Notes: generated by a model from the sequence alone, not told the origin. 64,000 nucleotides of DNA from Lingula anatina (GCA_051362555.1 CM120643.1:6014001-6078000), one strand, 5' to 3'; counted from the stretch's first letter, positions 25,601 to 39,893 are shown. Made by a program: numbers and translations.

Positions 25601-26232
25601 TATTATTGGTATTTCAACAATTTTCTTACTTTTTATGTACAGACACAGATGTGTTTGAAAAAAAAAACATTTCAGAACACAGTGCTGTCTTGTTTACATT
25701 TTGGCATTTTCAAGTTGTGACTTTGAAGTTCCATGGGCCTGAAGACCTTTACTAGTCACATTTTCTGAATATACATGATACTTATATTTTATTATTAAAA
25801 ATTGATGGTCATTATGCTGCTAACCATTATGTAATATTGCATCAGAATAGAAGAAAACACAATTTTGGGTGCTGCTGCCATTATGACCATTATAGGAAAA
25901 TCATGTTACTTATGATTGCCAAACTTTCAAAAAAAAAAAAAAAAAAAAAAGGACTAAAATGCAGGCTGAGTTGGAAAAGCAGTCTAATTGGCTTCTTTTT
26001 CTGGAAGTTATACATTTTCAAAGTATGAACTTGAACTCCCATGGGCTTGAAGCCTTATGCTTGTTACACATTTTACTTACATTGGTATTACCTTTTGAGC
26101 ATAATTAAAATTTGATGTTCAATTTGCAGTTTAACATAATGTACTTTTGCATCAGAATTGACAGTAGCCTATTTTCTGCATAGTTATTTCCTGTTTTTTG
26201 TCTGTACATTTGACAGCTTTGCTGCCTTGTAA
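22700..26232. repeat. Complex direct plus inverted repeat block (foldback-like)
   Basis: Inverted pairs 22707-22830/26106-26230, 23855-24030/25667-25845 and 25355-25395/25617-25655. Direct copies start at ~22832, 24005 and 24413, with internal ~129-bp tandem units. Confidence 0.8.
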
Positions 26233-26389
26233 TGTTTTGCTTTGCACTTGTAGATAGGACTGAGGAAGAGGATTGTAAGACCCTTAATGGTGAGGGCCAG
26301 ATAGGTATGAAAAGAAAAGGTAACGTCCCTTCCTTGTCACTTAAACGGAGAAAAAAACTTTCATGCAGTAGGTATGACATTTCTTCTAA

Positions 26390-27050
26390 AACAATGTTAT
26401 GTCAAAGACATGCCTGGTTGACTAAAGATGAAATAACCCATGGAATTTTATCAGATATGTTCCCAAAGGTAGATTGAGGGCTTTCATGGTACTTGTGCCC
26501 TAGACCTTGTTAAAAATGGTCATTTTTTATCCAAGCCCACTTCTTCATTATTGCAGGCTTACTCTTTCCAACATTAATAGCAATAATAGCAATTGTGTTC
26601 AAATTCCAGACCTGGCCCCAGATCGAAGGGTAAGATTGCTGAGATCGTTGCCTCATTGCTTTTTGCTCCATCCAAGGAAATTGTATAGGAGCATATTGAC
26701 GTTCAGGAGCAAACTAGCAGAAATGACTGTGGTCTTTCTGACATTGCTAATGCAACGGCTCTGTGCTTTGGAACAAGACCTGGGGACTTCATTTGGGAGC
26801 AAAGGGGAACATCTCAGCAAGTGTTTTGAAAGGGGAAGACTGGAAATGTTCCCATATAGATCAGAGAAACGCCCTCATACAAGACCAAAAATGTCTAAAT
26901 TTCCAATATATTGTCATTGTAGGCAGGTCTATGATAGAAACCAGGACTGGATTGAATGTGAAGACTGCCTGCAATCAAAGTGCATCTGGAAAGGGATCTA
27001 GTCATCTGCCCTGGAGAATCTACAGCAGTCACGTTGTGTCTGTACATAAA
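26390..27050 (+). pseudogene. Ulp1-like protease + PHD finger, TE accessory gene fragment
   Basis: WLTKDEI...VQEQTSRNDCGLSDIANATALCFG...HLSKCFERGRLEMFP...IYCHCRQVYDRNQDWIECEDC, with frameshifts. Confidence 0.75.
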
Positions 27051-27339
27051 AATCACAGAATATGTATTGATGCCAAACTGAACTTATGGTGATGACATAA
27101 GTCACTTTATGTTTTAATAAAGTATGTCATGTAACTCAGACAAATAAAATACTTCATTGAAAGGATTGAATATACCTCAAGTGTGTTGAAATCAGTCTTC
27201 ATCTTTATAGCAGCAGGCAATGAGACCATAAAGCCAAATATTTGTGCTCAAGAACCAATGAAAATCACAGATAAAGTAACAACTGTCCAAAATTGGGAAA
27301 TTACCGAGTCATGAACAGCCATGAAGACATAAATACCCT

Positions 27340-27841
27340 CCACAGATATTATAAATTATCACTGCTAAATTACACCATACACATTTCATACTCTCAGACT
27401 ATACAACCTTTGAACCAGTGAAACCTCAGGCAAGTGAACCTTCTGACAAGCACACCTTTGGAACAGATGGGCATTTACATCTTCAAACTATCAGACCAAT
27501 GAACCTTCTGACTATTATAAAACCTTTGAACCATTGGATCTTGGCATCATCAAACTATCAGACCAATGAACATTCTGACTATTGAACCTTTTGAACCATT
27601 GGATCTTGGCATCATCAAACTATCAGACCAATGAACCTTCAGACTATTGAACCTTTTGAACCATTGGATCTTGGCATCATCAAACTATCAGACCAATGAA
27701 CCTTCAGACTATTGAACCTTTTGAACCATTGGATCTTGGCATCATCAAACTATCAGACCAATGAACCTTCTGACTATTGAACCTTTTGAACCATTGGATC
27801 TTGGCATCATCAAACTATCAGACCAATGAACCTTCTGACTA
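27340..27841. repeat. 65-bp minisatellite (copy 2, ~6 units)
   Basis: Units start at 27541, 27606, 27671, 27736 and 27801. Same family as 9190-9511. Confidence 0.9.
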
Positions 27842-28504
27842 CCGTCATGCACCTGACAAATCATTTAACAATAAACTCACAAAATGACAATTATATTTAG
27901 TAATTAAAATAAATTTCAGAATCAGAATCAGAAACACAGACAGACCAACATATCTACATTGCTATTTCAATTTGATGTACTCGAAATAAAATTAAAAAAC
28001 AAAAATACAGTTTATCAGTTATAGGATAAACAACAGATGTGTCATAAAGTGCTGACTATGGCAATGACACTGGACAGACACAGTGATCAGAATATAGACA
28101 GACTGAGAGTGTCTGTATATAATAAATATGTGATAAAACTTGCAATTGCAACTTAATGCCCTCACAATAACAGAGATCATCTATAACACATCATATCTGA
28201 CCTGAAATATATATTCACATTTAAACATTTTCACTGGTGCCCTTTTCTCTTCAGTGATGGCTTATTGTCTACCACAATCTCACTGTATATGCTACCTCTA
28301 CTAGTACTGTAACAGTTTCCATGCATATGGGGAAAATTATTATAACATATCACAACTGAGCTGAAATATCAATTCACTTTTAAACATTTTCATTGTGCCT
28401 ATTCACCTTCAGTGACAGGGTATTGTCCAACACAATGTCCTTGCTTTATATACCCTGCCTCTATAGTTTCCATGCATATGGGAGAAATTGATTCTTTGTG
28501 TTAC

Positions 28505-29700
28505 CTGGAACCCACATTTGTTGTGTAATTGTACTGTTCCATATAACTGGCTCCACAGGATCTGCTGTGTTTGGAAGTCTTGTTCTGGGTGGTTCTGGCA
28601 GCATTCTTGCTCACTCAGGATAAAACTGACCTCTTGGTCTGCCAGCAGCTCTTTATACAATTCCAGAAGTATATCTGAATCATCTCTGTAATTAAGTGCA
28701 AACTATTATTAGGAACCATCTTATGATACACTATTTATATATAGGATGCTTTTGTAAAATGCACAAAATCATTTTTGTATCACCATACCTGATATTTATA
28801 TTATGATACTGCTTATATGCAATGGTGATCAAATAAAAATATAATTATTCATTTTATGTTTTGTGCAGTTAATGACAATAAAACTTAAATTCACATTACA
28901 ATTAAAGCAGTAATATATTAATTCTATTCCTAATAATCCATGTTTTCTATATTGAAAAAAGTAACAATTGGTGTTTGTGTCTCTTCACAAAGAAAAGAGG
29001 AGAAACAAATTACCTATCCTTATTTGTATGAAACACCAACCACAAACATTTCTGTGCTCTCAGCAAGAGTTCCAGTCACCAGTTTACAATGACTGCCCTG
29101 TCTCTGGCTGTTCATTCATCCTAAAACTTGACACATCCCGTGTCTTGCACAACTGGGTGATATGAAGATGTTTCTGTTGCTGCCTTTTTATGTCTGCTTC
29201 TTATAAAATACATGTCCCCCATGTTCAGCCAGGTAAAGTCAGTTCACCTAGAAGACACCATGCTGTATGGAGACTGGAGCTGGAAAAAGAGACATGACAA
29301 TGTACACGTATAAGTGAAGGAACACAAATTATCTTAATACAAAGAAAAGACAAAAACCTGACAGTCCACCAGAGCCAGTTGGAAAAAAAATTAAAACTAA
29401 GGTACACTGCCAAGTAGTCACGTTATATGGTAGACATCATTGCTCTGGTGATTGAACTGTGATAGTTAGGAAAAGACAACACAGAAACCCTATTGCTCCT
29501 TAATTCTGCTAGAACTTTTTACGTTTTACCTCAGATGTTTCCAGGAATCCAGATCTACTGTATAACACTTATAACACTAGGATCACCGGATCCCTTTATC
29601 TATCCTCTACCTCTTGTCTCTGAAGCTCCTTCCTCTCTCTCTCTCTCTCTCTCTCTCTCAAAAACCCCGCTCAACTGTCGCTTTCAATCCCAAGACTTCC
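28505..29700 (-). ncRNA. Putative spliced 5' end of a leftward (minus-strand) transcript, no recognisable protein
   Basis: Minus-strand donors (plus-strand ttac/tcac) near 29527, 29246, 29011 and 28502. Pyrimidine-rich acceptors near 29280 (tctcttttttccag), 29121 and 28686. Not confirmed by expression data. Confidence 0.35.
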
Positions 29701-29965
29701 GGTACCAGATCACTACAACATAGTACTCACCCTTTTGTCATCAAGAATGTCTTTGCATGCAGTAAAAAAGATTCCAGAATCGTGGACTGTCCTAATGTTT
29801 CAGATCAAACTTTTATGGTAACTCAAAAAAATATCTTGTCCTTGGAATAACGTTATTTCATAACGTGTAAAATTTTCCCGCTCCGCCTAAGCCCGACTAA
29901 GTAGGTCAAAGAAAACCCGCAGTGAATACTGGGTCGCATCTCGGTACATCCGGTCACATGAATCG
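29690..29965 (-). promoter_or_regulatory. Promoter-like CpG-richer patch
   Basis: ETS-like acttccggt (~29695), E-box gtcacatg (~29953), locally elevated CpG just upstream of the putative first exon. Confidence 0.3.
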
Positions 29966-30889
29966 CCGAAGTTTTACTCTGAGACCAAGTCATTATTTCT
30001 TTTGATTTTTCATTAAATGATATTATTGATTATTGATTGACAATATATTTTCACAAAAGGGTAATTCAATTTTTTTAATTGTTATTATTATTATTTTCTT
30101 TTTGCTTCAACTTTTGATGGATCTCAGCTAACACAACGCTAAATGGAGCATTTATAGATGCATACAAAGTCAATTTTTGTCACAAAAACCAACCAAATGC
30201 CAGCATGTAGTTTCAAGTAGTATAACTAAGAGAATTACCAAAAGGCATCGTTTAATTTTACCCGAAAATGATGTTTGAACAGATTTTTCTGCTGGCATTC
30301 TAATTAAGCTGTATGTCAATGGGGCAGGAAAGTAGGTCACGAAAGTAGGTTAAATTTACAACCAAAAATTTAAAGAAAGGAGCAGTCTTAAGGTCTTTTG
30401 TGGCTGATCGAGTGATCTATTCAGTTTATCCCTTGGTATGTCGAATTTATTTGAGTCACATAAGAATCTAGTAGAAGTGGTTTAGGCCTACAGGTGTTAC
30501 TGGGAATCCACGCTCCACCGATGCTCGGTTCGTATGTACCTTTAAGGACCTTCACATTTAGAGTAATTACCATTAAAAGTATAATAAACGTACTTGGAAA
30601 TATTCTAAAGTCAATTTTTGCCTAAATATCCTGCAAAGCTACTAGTACCTGCATTTTACTTTTGTAGACTGCGCTAGTAGGCTTTATATTACATGCACGT
30701 TTGTTTTTTCAAAACGTCTGAATTTTTTCCTCAATTCCAAGTATATTTTCTCATTGCCTGGTAACGAAGGTTTTGCAGAGGGCTTTCTAAGAGAATGCAG
30801 TTTTGTCATGTTTCGTGTAAAACATCTGACTGTGCCCTATTAACATATCGTCCATCTAATCATGAGGGCCCGCTGGGAAGGGGAAGGGG

Positions 30890-33800
30890 GGGGGTGATCA
30901 CAGTTCACGGCCACAGGAAATAAAATCATCAAATTACAAATCACATAAATTAATTAAAAACTTTATTCGTATTCCATTGAAAATGCTAGTCTGGCGAGCT
31001 GAAAATAATCGAGTATAGCCTAATGACTTCGTTCCACTAAGGACGAAGGATAGAAACCCGCAATTCACGATTCACAGGAATGGGGTGCTTCACATCTCGG
31101 GGAATGATAAGTGGATGTTACGAGCAAGGAAAATACCCAACGGGGCCTTCAGTCCTTGTCTTAACTAAAATGAAGATTTAATTAATGTCTAAAATATTTC
31201 AAAACATAAAAGCAACTAAAATTAATGATCTAGAGCAAAAATACGCCATGAAGGATTTTTCAGCTTTTAAAAGTAGCTGCAAGTTATTTATTGCGTTATT
31301 TAAGATGAACATTCTAGACATTTTCTGAGACGTTACACATTATACTTGCTTCCAAACAGGTACCTAAAATTTCTACTTTATTTAAAACTTGAAATAAAAT
31401 CTCTCTCTCTCTCTCTCTCCGGTTGTCTTTGCCGAATTCACAATAAGTTGATCCTCGGACCAGAATCAGAAAACAAACCTCTTTTATGATAATTAACTGT
31501 TATGACTGATAAATGAAACTACATTTTTTCATTCGACAGCATCTTCCGTATCTTTACGAAAAATATATATTGAAAACGCATCTGTAAAGATTAACTCTGA
31601 AAGATAAAAAAAAAAGCTTTTCGCTTGTAAACCTTCTTCAGGTACTAAAACAAGAATAAACAAGCAAACTACAGGGATGCGTGACGTATGATGCATGGAA
31701 AATGGACACGAAGTTAGAAGTGCGTGATAAAGGTTAACGTCTTGAAGATTGCGTAATAATAAAACAAGAATAATATTCGTTGAGATATTCATTGTCTCCA
31801 TAAAGTCCTTTTTTGAAGTGTCTAATATTTTTATAAACTTCTCGACAATCCGTCTTTGTCTTGTGTCGCGTATGTGTCCTTTTAAAATGGTGACTGTTTG
31901 TACTGTGGTGGTTCATGATGCGAGTTTTAAGGGCTTTTTTTCTATCGTTTTCACTTTTAATTACTGTTAGTTCTATTACTGTACATAGATACCAATTATC
32001 TGCGCTTTAAGCTTGTACTTTTTATTACAGATACAAGCAAGGCAAGCAAAAAGTCTCTGGCAGTGAATTGTGAACTGTTGCTGCTACCACTCCTACATAA
32101 AGTAGATATTGCAAACATATATCGACACATGAATCAATAAGATATCAGACAACTTTCACGGAAAATAAACTGAAATTAAAGCTGGATATTCTTTTAACTA
32201 TTATCATTTCGCATTTACGTTAAATCTCGGCACGTACGTCTTCATCACCATCATACTTTAGTCGCAGTCCGAAGCGACGAAGTTCAAACAGTGCACATCA
32301 AAACCATAAATAGGAGTCCTTACGTAGGAAACATCGAGAACGGGTTTAATTAAGGCATTCTTGTTAGCGGTATTGTCACTATTTTAGGGAATCATGAACA
32401 AATCTGGATGGCTCTATCTATAAAAAAGCAATTGTTACCTAAAAATAAAAAAAAATACTTTTCAGAATTAATGCAAGAAAAATTAATGAAAAGAACAAAG
32501 GCAAAATATTTTTAATTAAAAATAGAATCTGAACGACAAATACAGCTTCAAGCAAATAAAAATGAAAATAGAATATCAATATATCCACCCTTGACTTACA
32601 ATTAATTTTTAAAATAATGTCGGTACCTTGTCAATGTATGGCAGGACTGCGTGAAAACGACATACACCCTTCCCTACACATACACTAAACACACACACAC
32701 GCGCGCACACAGGCTCGAAGAGGGGGAGAGTCAAATCCAATCATTGAAGTTATACATCGGTTCATTGTTTGTCCTAAGTAAATCATCATAAAATAAACAA
32801 ATCAGATCAAAATTATAATAAAGCGCGGAATGTGCAGACCAGCAAAACGACTCTTCCCCGTTGCCAAAGCTCTTAATCCAGGTCTATCTTTTAAAATGAA
32901 ATATTTTATTGTATAACAAAAACAAAAAAAAAAAAAAAAAAAAACGTATAAAACAACAGACTTCGGTCAAATAATCTAGCTGTGTGTAATACTGTGCATG
33001 AACCCAAAATATATGCTATAGATGTAACATTATCAAAATAGAAATACCATATCTTCTTCAACATGAAAAGTCACATTAGAATTCTCCCCCCCCTCCCCCC
33101 CCCCCCCCCGTCCCACCAATACGCCCCATTTCTATTGATACCATACAAACTCAGCGTGTGTAGGAGTGTAAAAACTAAAGTAGATCAAAAGTTCACAGAT
33201 AGGATATGCCATGTAAAGATTCATAGGGGAGATAGGTAATCTCCTTTTGCTCTTTTTTTTAACCTGTCAATTTTGAGAAGAAATACAGTGAATCGGTGTC
33301 TCTCATTGCACTTAGTCAATATAAATTCAAATATGTAAAAAACATCTTTCCTTTATCACGTAATTCGTCAGAGGTAATAAAATACAGCATTTCCCTAGAA
33401 AACCTTTACCCCCTCTGGTGAATGCAATGTGCCGTCTGCAGAGCTCAGCGTCTGCTACCTCGCTGGATGCTTCGCGGTTCCCGGGATGTGAACAGTTAAC
33501 GCGGTCCAAAAATTTTTAGGGAGAGTCAGATGAAATATAGAGGGACCGTGGCATCTATAAAGTTCTACATGATGAAGCTGGAGATTTGGGCTAGTTTTAC
33601 TCTTTTCTTTCAAAGTTTGCAATATACTCTGACTTTCAGTACCCCCATGCAAGCAAAATAATTTGCTGGTATCTTGATATATCTCCCACTTGTGTCTCCC
33701 CCCTAAAACGGTCCACACTAAAAAATCAATAATCGTATGGCAATTTTATACAGGCAATTGACCTACTTTTATACCCGTGCAGCTATTGTCGAGTTTAATG

Positions 33801-34099
33801 GCTATGGAGTGAAAACGTGATACACGTCTGTGATATAAAAATTATTTCTAATTACATAATTTACCAACAGTACATTTGGATTAAACGTGTCCAGATTTGT
33901 GAGCAAAAGATGACATTGCTATATGAAAATAATGAAAAAATTGGAGACCAGCCAAAATCAAGAAAAATGCATATTTTCTCTTATATGCAAATTAGGTTCC
34001 TTGAAGTAATATAAGACTGGCCGGAAGTGATGTTCAAAGATTTGTAACGATGGTGATCTTGATGGCCTTGATGATCATAATAATAATAATAATAGGGCC

Positions 34100-34130
<31 letters not shown>

Positions 34131-34520
34131 TTTATTGAGCACTAAAATGTTTCAGTACATTTTGCAGGCCCTCTAAACTACTTGTATATAAATACATTTA
34201 GTACATTTAATTTAATTTCATTACATTTAATGGTGGTTCAAAAAATATTATCAGAGTTTTCAGTTGTCATCTGGTGAGAAAGAAATTTTCTGCACAAACA
34301 CAATCAGTAAACGCGCCTCAGATGCGCTGCAGACGTCACGGCTTTTGGGCGAAAGTCACACGCGACATTTCGTCATAATTGTTTGATATTATAGGTAAAA
34401 AACTGTGATTGAAAATGGATATCGGCAAAGCATTAACATTTTGACAGCATTTCTATTTAGATCTATAAGTGTTCGACAAGGATGAATTTAATTAGAATAC
34501 CCTCTCTCTCTCTCTCTGTT
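30890..34520 (+). repeat. Diverged dispersed duplication, copy A
   Basis: 30890-31140 matches 58875-59110 and 32850-34520 matches 60180-61650, in the same order and orientation. Confidence 0.8.
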
Positions 34521-37500
34521 TTTTTTTTAAGCGAATATAAAGGAGAAAGCCGAGCGAAAAAATAATGCGCATAACAGTCAAAATATTCAGAAGTAAAAAA
34601 ATTCAGAGTTGAAAATCTTGTTGGCCACTACAGTTCCTCTTCATAGAGGACCACATGCAAAATTTTAAGGCAACTTGTAGCCTTTTCAATTGATGTTGTA
34701 AAGTAAATGACTTACACTTTCACTAACTGCAGATAAAGATTATAACGGAATCAAACAAGTTAAAGGATAGGGAGTTATTGAGTGTTGCGCCGACAGACAA
34801 CTCACAACGTAAATAACAACAATAACAACAACAATCTACACGCAATATGGTAACGTGCATATCGGTAACGCAGTGGTGGATTTAGAGGTTTCTGAAATAT
34901 ATATCGCACCAATATTCCCCTCTTGAAATTAGAATTTCGTCTAACCTTTGTATATTTTTAATTGGAAAATCTATTTATTGATATTATTCCATTTTTTCAC
35001 AAAAATTATTTGTTTTTCTTATAAAAATTAAGTGAAAGGGAAAAGATTAGAGGGAGAAAAAGAGCAACAATTGAACATACATATTTCCCCTCCAAAATAT
35101 CCTTTATTACAGTGAAATAATGAAGAACATACATACTATTGGCATGCATGTACCAAAAACAAAAAGACTTTCACTAGTATCTAAAAATGAAAATCAATAT
35201 ATCTTCATACATAAAGAACAATGTACTAACTCTAAAAAAATTAACAAAATTTCAAGTATGACATTACAGTATGGACAAGCCTCTATTCAACAACAACAAC
35301 AAAAAAAAAAAAAAAAAAAAAAAAATCAATAGAACAATTTTAAATATCTAATTTCCTCCTTTCTGAGACTCTGAACACAGTGAAGGATTGAATCTGACAA
35401 ACTACACTAATATAATTTTATTTCCATTTTTGATTCTTTATTTCAAGATACAGGATAACAGATTTACCATCATTTTAATATAAACAAGTGACAAAATTGT
35501 TAAGATGCAGAAAATGTCAAAAGAACATGTTTACATATGCAATTAGTTCAATTGAGACGTTTAACATGCCGAAGAATTGAAAATGGCATAGGTGACAGCA
35601 ATGTACAGACATGGCTGTAAATAAAAATCATATATAAGTGAATGTTGCAATGGTGTGGGACAAATTTTCTTCCAGCCTTCTTAAAGCTTTTATATTTGTA
35701 CAACATTAATAAAATTTCCATCTGAAGACTTCTAAATGTATGTCATATGACATACAGTTTAATACCAGAAAGACAAAGCATCAATATGTCTTGTATACTG
35801 TAAAATAAAAAATTATCTTCTACCCTTTTCTGAACCAAGACAACAGTTCTTGGAATGTTGAGTACACCAAGGAAGCCAACACAGATGTATTTCTAGGATA
35901 ATGTATTAAAATAAACTGCAAAGTGCTGTTTTTGATTTTCATCTGGATTCTTCATTTCAACTCCGCTCTTACATTAACTAAGCTGTATCATTTCCCTCAC
36001 ATTTTTAAATACAACAAAAATATCATTATTACGGGTCAGATAATACTTGTCATGGAACTTTTTTGTTGGTTGTATTTGCCTTAGCACTTCTTTTAATTCA
36101 GTCCATTAATCCAGTTAATATATGTGCTAACTACTATGTAATAATACAGTCTCATGGTTACGTCTTGCAATCTGTAAAGCCTACAGATTAATCAAGATTT
36201 TAAAAATCTGTTCACTGATTTCTTATTGTTAAATTAGCAACAAATAAACCAAATATTGGTATGAGAGTTCTTTGAGGAATATTTTATGTGCAAGCATGTG
36301 GGCTAAAGTTTCTGCAAACAGAACATCAGCACAAACACTATATTCAAACAGGAGGACTGACTCTTTAATAGCGTAACATTTTATCTGGAACTATTTAGTA
36401 AACAGGAATTACAATTCTTCATCAGAGTTGGAAAGCTTCACCCATAAAAGAACAAATATATTATATGGGTTTAATATAACACTTCATAATAAAGTTTCAT
36501 CATAACTACCAACATCTATTCTGCTTTGTGCAAGACATATTTCCTCTCGACACATGGATAAGACAAAGTGCTGCTCTTGGTGCTGTCTTTCGCTGCCTGC
36601 ATTTTCATGGTAAGGGTACTCTAAAAAAAGAATATAACAGAAAAAACTGAAAATTACATTGGAAAGACTAGCAAATCCAAGGACTTAAAATAGTTAAACG
36701 TTAATAATTTTGTCAAATCTTGTCTAATATTTCTGAAATTTGTACAAATGATGCTTAACAACAATAAAAATCTGTGATTAGATGATCTGTTGACTATATC
36801 TAATGAAAAGTGTTTTTTGGGACAATTAATTTAGGACAACTGAAATTTACATTGAAAAGACTGGCAAATCCCATGACTTAAAATAGTTAAATGTTGATAA
36901 TTTTGTCATATCTAGTCCAGTGTTTCTGAAATTTGTACAAATGAAGCTTAACAACAATAAAAACCTGTGATAAGCTGATCAAATGACTGTGTCTAATGAA
37001 AAATATCTTCTTTCGACAATATCCTTGAAAAAACTGAAAAGTACACTGAAAAATCTGGCAAATTCCATGGCTTAAAATAGTTAAATGTTAATAATTTTGC
37101 AATGTGATTATAAAATAAAATAGCAAACATGATGATTTGAGGTTGTTTGTGTAGGAGGTTGCAAATTACCTATAACTGTTATCTGAAAAACAATATATAC
37201 CCATACAAGACTTCTCCTTACTATCAATGCCAGATGCAGATTACTCCTTACAATCGGTTTCTGGAATGGGTTGTTGCTATCACAGTATTTGACAATGTCC
37301 TAAATCTTGCCTCATATCATGTATTGTACACATGGATAAGACATAGTGCTGCTCTTGGTGCTGTCTTTCACTGCCTGCATCTTCATGGTAAGGGTACTCT
37401 GGAAAAAGAACAATATAACTGAAAAAACTGAAAATAACATAGAAAACGCTGGCAAATTCCATGACATAAAATAGTTAAACGTTAATAATTTTGTCAAATC

Positions 37501-39519
37501 TTGTCCAATATTTCTGAAATTTGTACAAATGATGCTTAACAACATTAAAAACCTGTGATTAGATGATCTGTTGACTGCATCTAATGAAAAGTGTTTTTTG
37601 GGACAACATATTTGGGAAAACTGAAATTTACATTGAAAACACTAGCAAATCCCATGACTTAAAATAGTTAAACGTTAATAAAATTTTCAAATCTTGTCCA
37701 ATATTTCTGAAATTTGTACAAATGATGCTTAACAATAATGAAAATCTGTGATTAGACGATCTGTTGACTGTATCTAATGAAAAGTGTTTTTTGGGACAAC
37801 ATATTTGGGAAAAATGAAATTTACATTGAAAAGACTGGCAAATCCAAGGACTTCAAATAGTTAAACGTTAATAATTTTGTCAAATCTAGTCCAGTGTTTC
37901 TGAAATTTGTACAAATGATGCTTAACAACAATAAAAACCTGTGATAAGCTGATCAAATGACTGTGTCTAATGAAAAGTATCTTCTTTCGACAATATCCTT
38001 GAAAAAACTGAAATATACACTGAAAAATCTGGCAAATTCCATAGCTTAAAATAGTTAAATGTTAATAATTTTGCAATGTGATTATAAAATAAAATACCAA
38101 ATGTGATGATTTGAGGTTGATTGTGTAGGAGGTTGCAAATTACCTATAACTGTTATCTGGAAAGCAATATATACCCAAACAAGACTTCTCCTTACTATCA
38201 ATGCCAGATGCAGATTACTCCTTACAATCGGTTTCTGGAATGGGTTGTTGTTATCACAACATTTGACAATGTCCTAAATCTTGCCACATATCATGTATTG
38301 TACACATGGATAAGACATAGTGCTGCTCTTGGTGCTGTCTTTCACTGCCTGCATCTTCATGGTAAGGGTACTCTGGAAAAAGAACAATATAACTGAAAAA
38401 ACTGAAAATAACATAGAAAACGCTGGCAAATTCCATGACATAAAATAGTTAAATGTTAATAATTTTGTCAAATCTTGTCCAATATTTCTGAAATTTGTAC
38501 AAATGATGCTTAACAACAATGAAAATCTGTGATTAGATGATCTGTTGACTGCATCTAATGAAAAGTGTTTTTTGGGACAACATATTTGGGAAAACTGAAA
38601 TTTACATTGAAAACACTAGCAAATCCCATGACTTAAAATAGTTAAACGTTAATAAAATTTTCAAATCTTGTCCAATATTTCTGAAATTTGTACAAATGAT
38701 GCTTAACAATAATTAAAATCTGTGATTAGACGATCTGTTGACTGTATCTAATGAAAAGTGTTTTTTGGGACAACTTATTTGGGAAAAATGAAATTTACAT
38801 TGAAAAGACTGGCAAATCCAAGGACTTCAAATAGTTAAACATTAATAATTTTGTCAAATCTAGTCCAGTGTTTCTGAAATTTGTACAAATGATGCTTAAC
38901 AACAATAAAAACCTGTGATAAGCTGATCAAATGACTGTGTCTAATGAAAAGTATCTTCTTTCGACAATATCCTTGAAAAAACTGAAAATAACATAGAAAA
39001 CGCTGGCAAATTCCATGGCTTAAAATAGTTAAATGTTAATTATTTTGTCAAATCTTGTCCAATATTTCTGAAATTTGTACAAATGATGCTTAACAACAAT
39101 AAAAACATGTGATTAGATGATCTGTTGACTGCATCTAATGAAAAGTGTTTTTTGGGACAACATATTTGGGAAAACTGAAATTTACATTGAAAACACTAGC
39201 AAATCCCATGACTTAAAATAGTTAAACGTTAATAAAATTTTCAAATCTTGTCCAATATTTCTGAAATTTGTACAAATGATGCTTAACAATAATTAAAATC
39301 TGTGATTAGACGATCTGTTGACTGTATCTAATGAAAAGTGTTTTTTGGGGCAACTTATTTGGGAAAAATGAAATTTACATTGAAAAGACTGGCAAATCCA
39401 AGGACTTCAAGTAGTTAAACATTAATAATTTTGTCAAATCTAGTCCAGTGTTTCTGAAATTTGTACAAATGATGCTTAACAACAATAAAAACCTGTGATA
39501 AGCTGATCAAATGACTGTG

Positions 39520-39856
39520 TATGGAAGCGTATAAGTGCCAAAACACACAACAAAATCACTCAACACACAACACAATTTCAACACGACACATTTAACTTTT
39601 CGACACAACACCAAGGAAAATCGCAACACAACACATTAACTTCTCGACACAACGGAAATAGATGGCGCTTTCGGCGCGGACGTCTTGGAAAAGCCGCGAA
39701 AACCCACAGAACGATTCTGTGATTGTTTCCTTTTTTCTCAAGGCATTTATAATAATGTGTCACTTTTGGGTCCAGGAAAAGCGCACTTTTGAAAACATTG
39801 TATTACAGAGAAGTTTTAATATCAGATAATCTGTTGTAAATGTTGCATATTCTATG

Positions 39857-39893
<37 letters not shown>

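Noticed and set aside
27480-27841. 65-bp array (and the 62-bp array at 51158-51507) as CRISPR or ncRNA arrays
   Set aside because: Plain tandem minisatellites without spacers or a recognisable RNA fold.
31612-31642. Minus-strand ctgaaga...cgaaaagctttt as a minimal (Penelope-type) hammerhead ribozyme
   Set aside because: Core motifs and a palindromic aaaagctttt are present, but I could not form stems I and II. At best a decayed relic; an Infernal or RNAMotif search would settle it.
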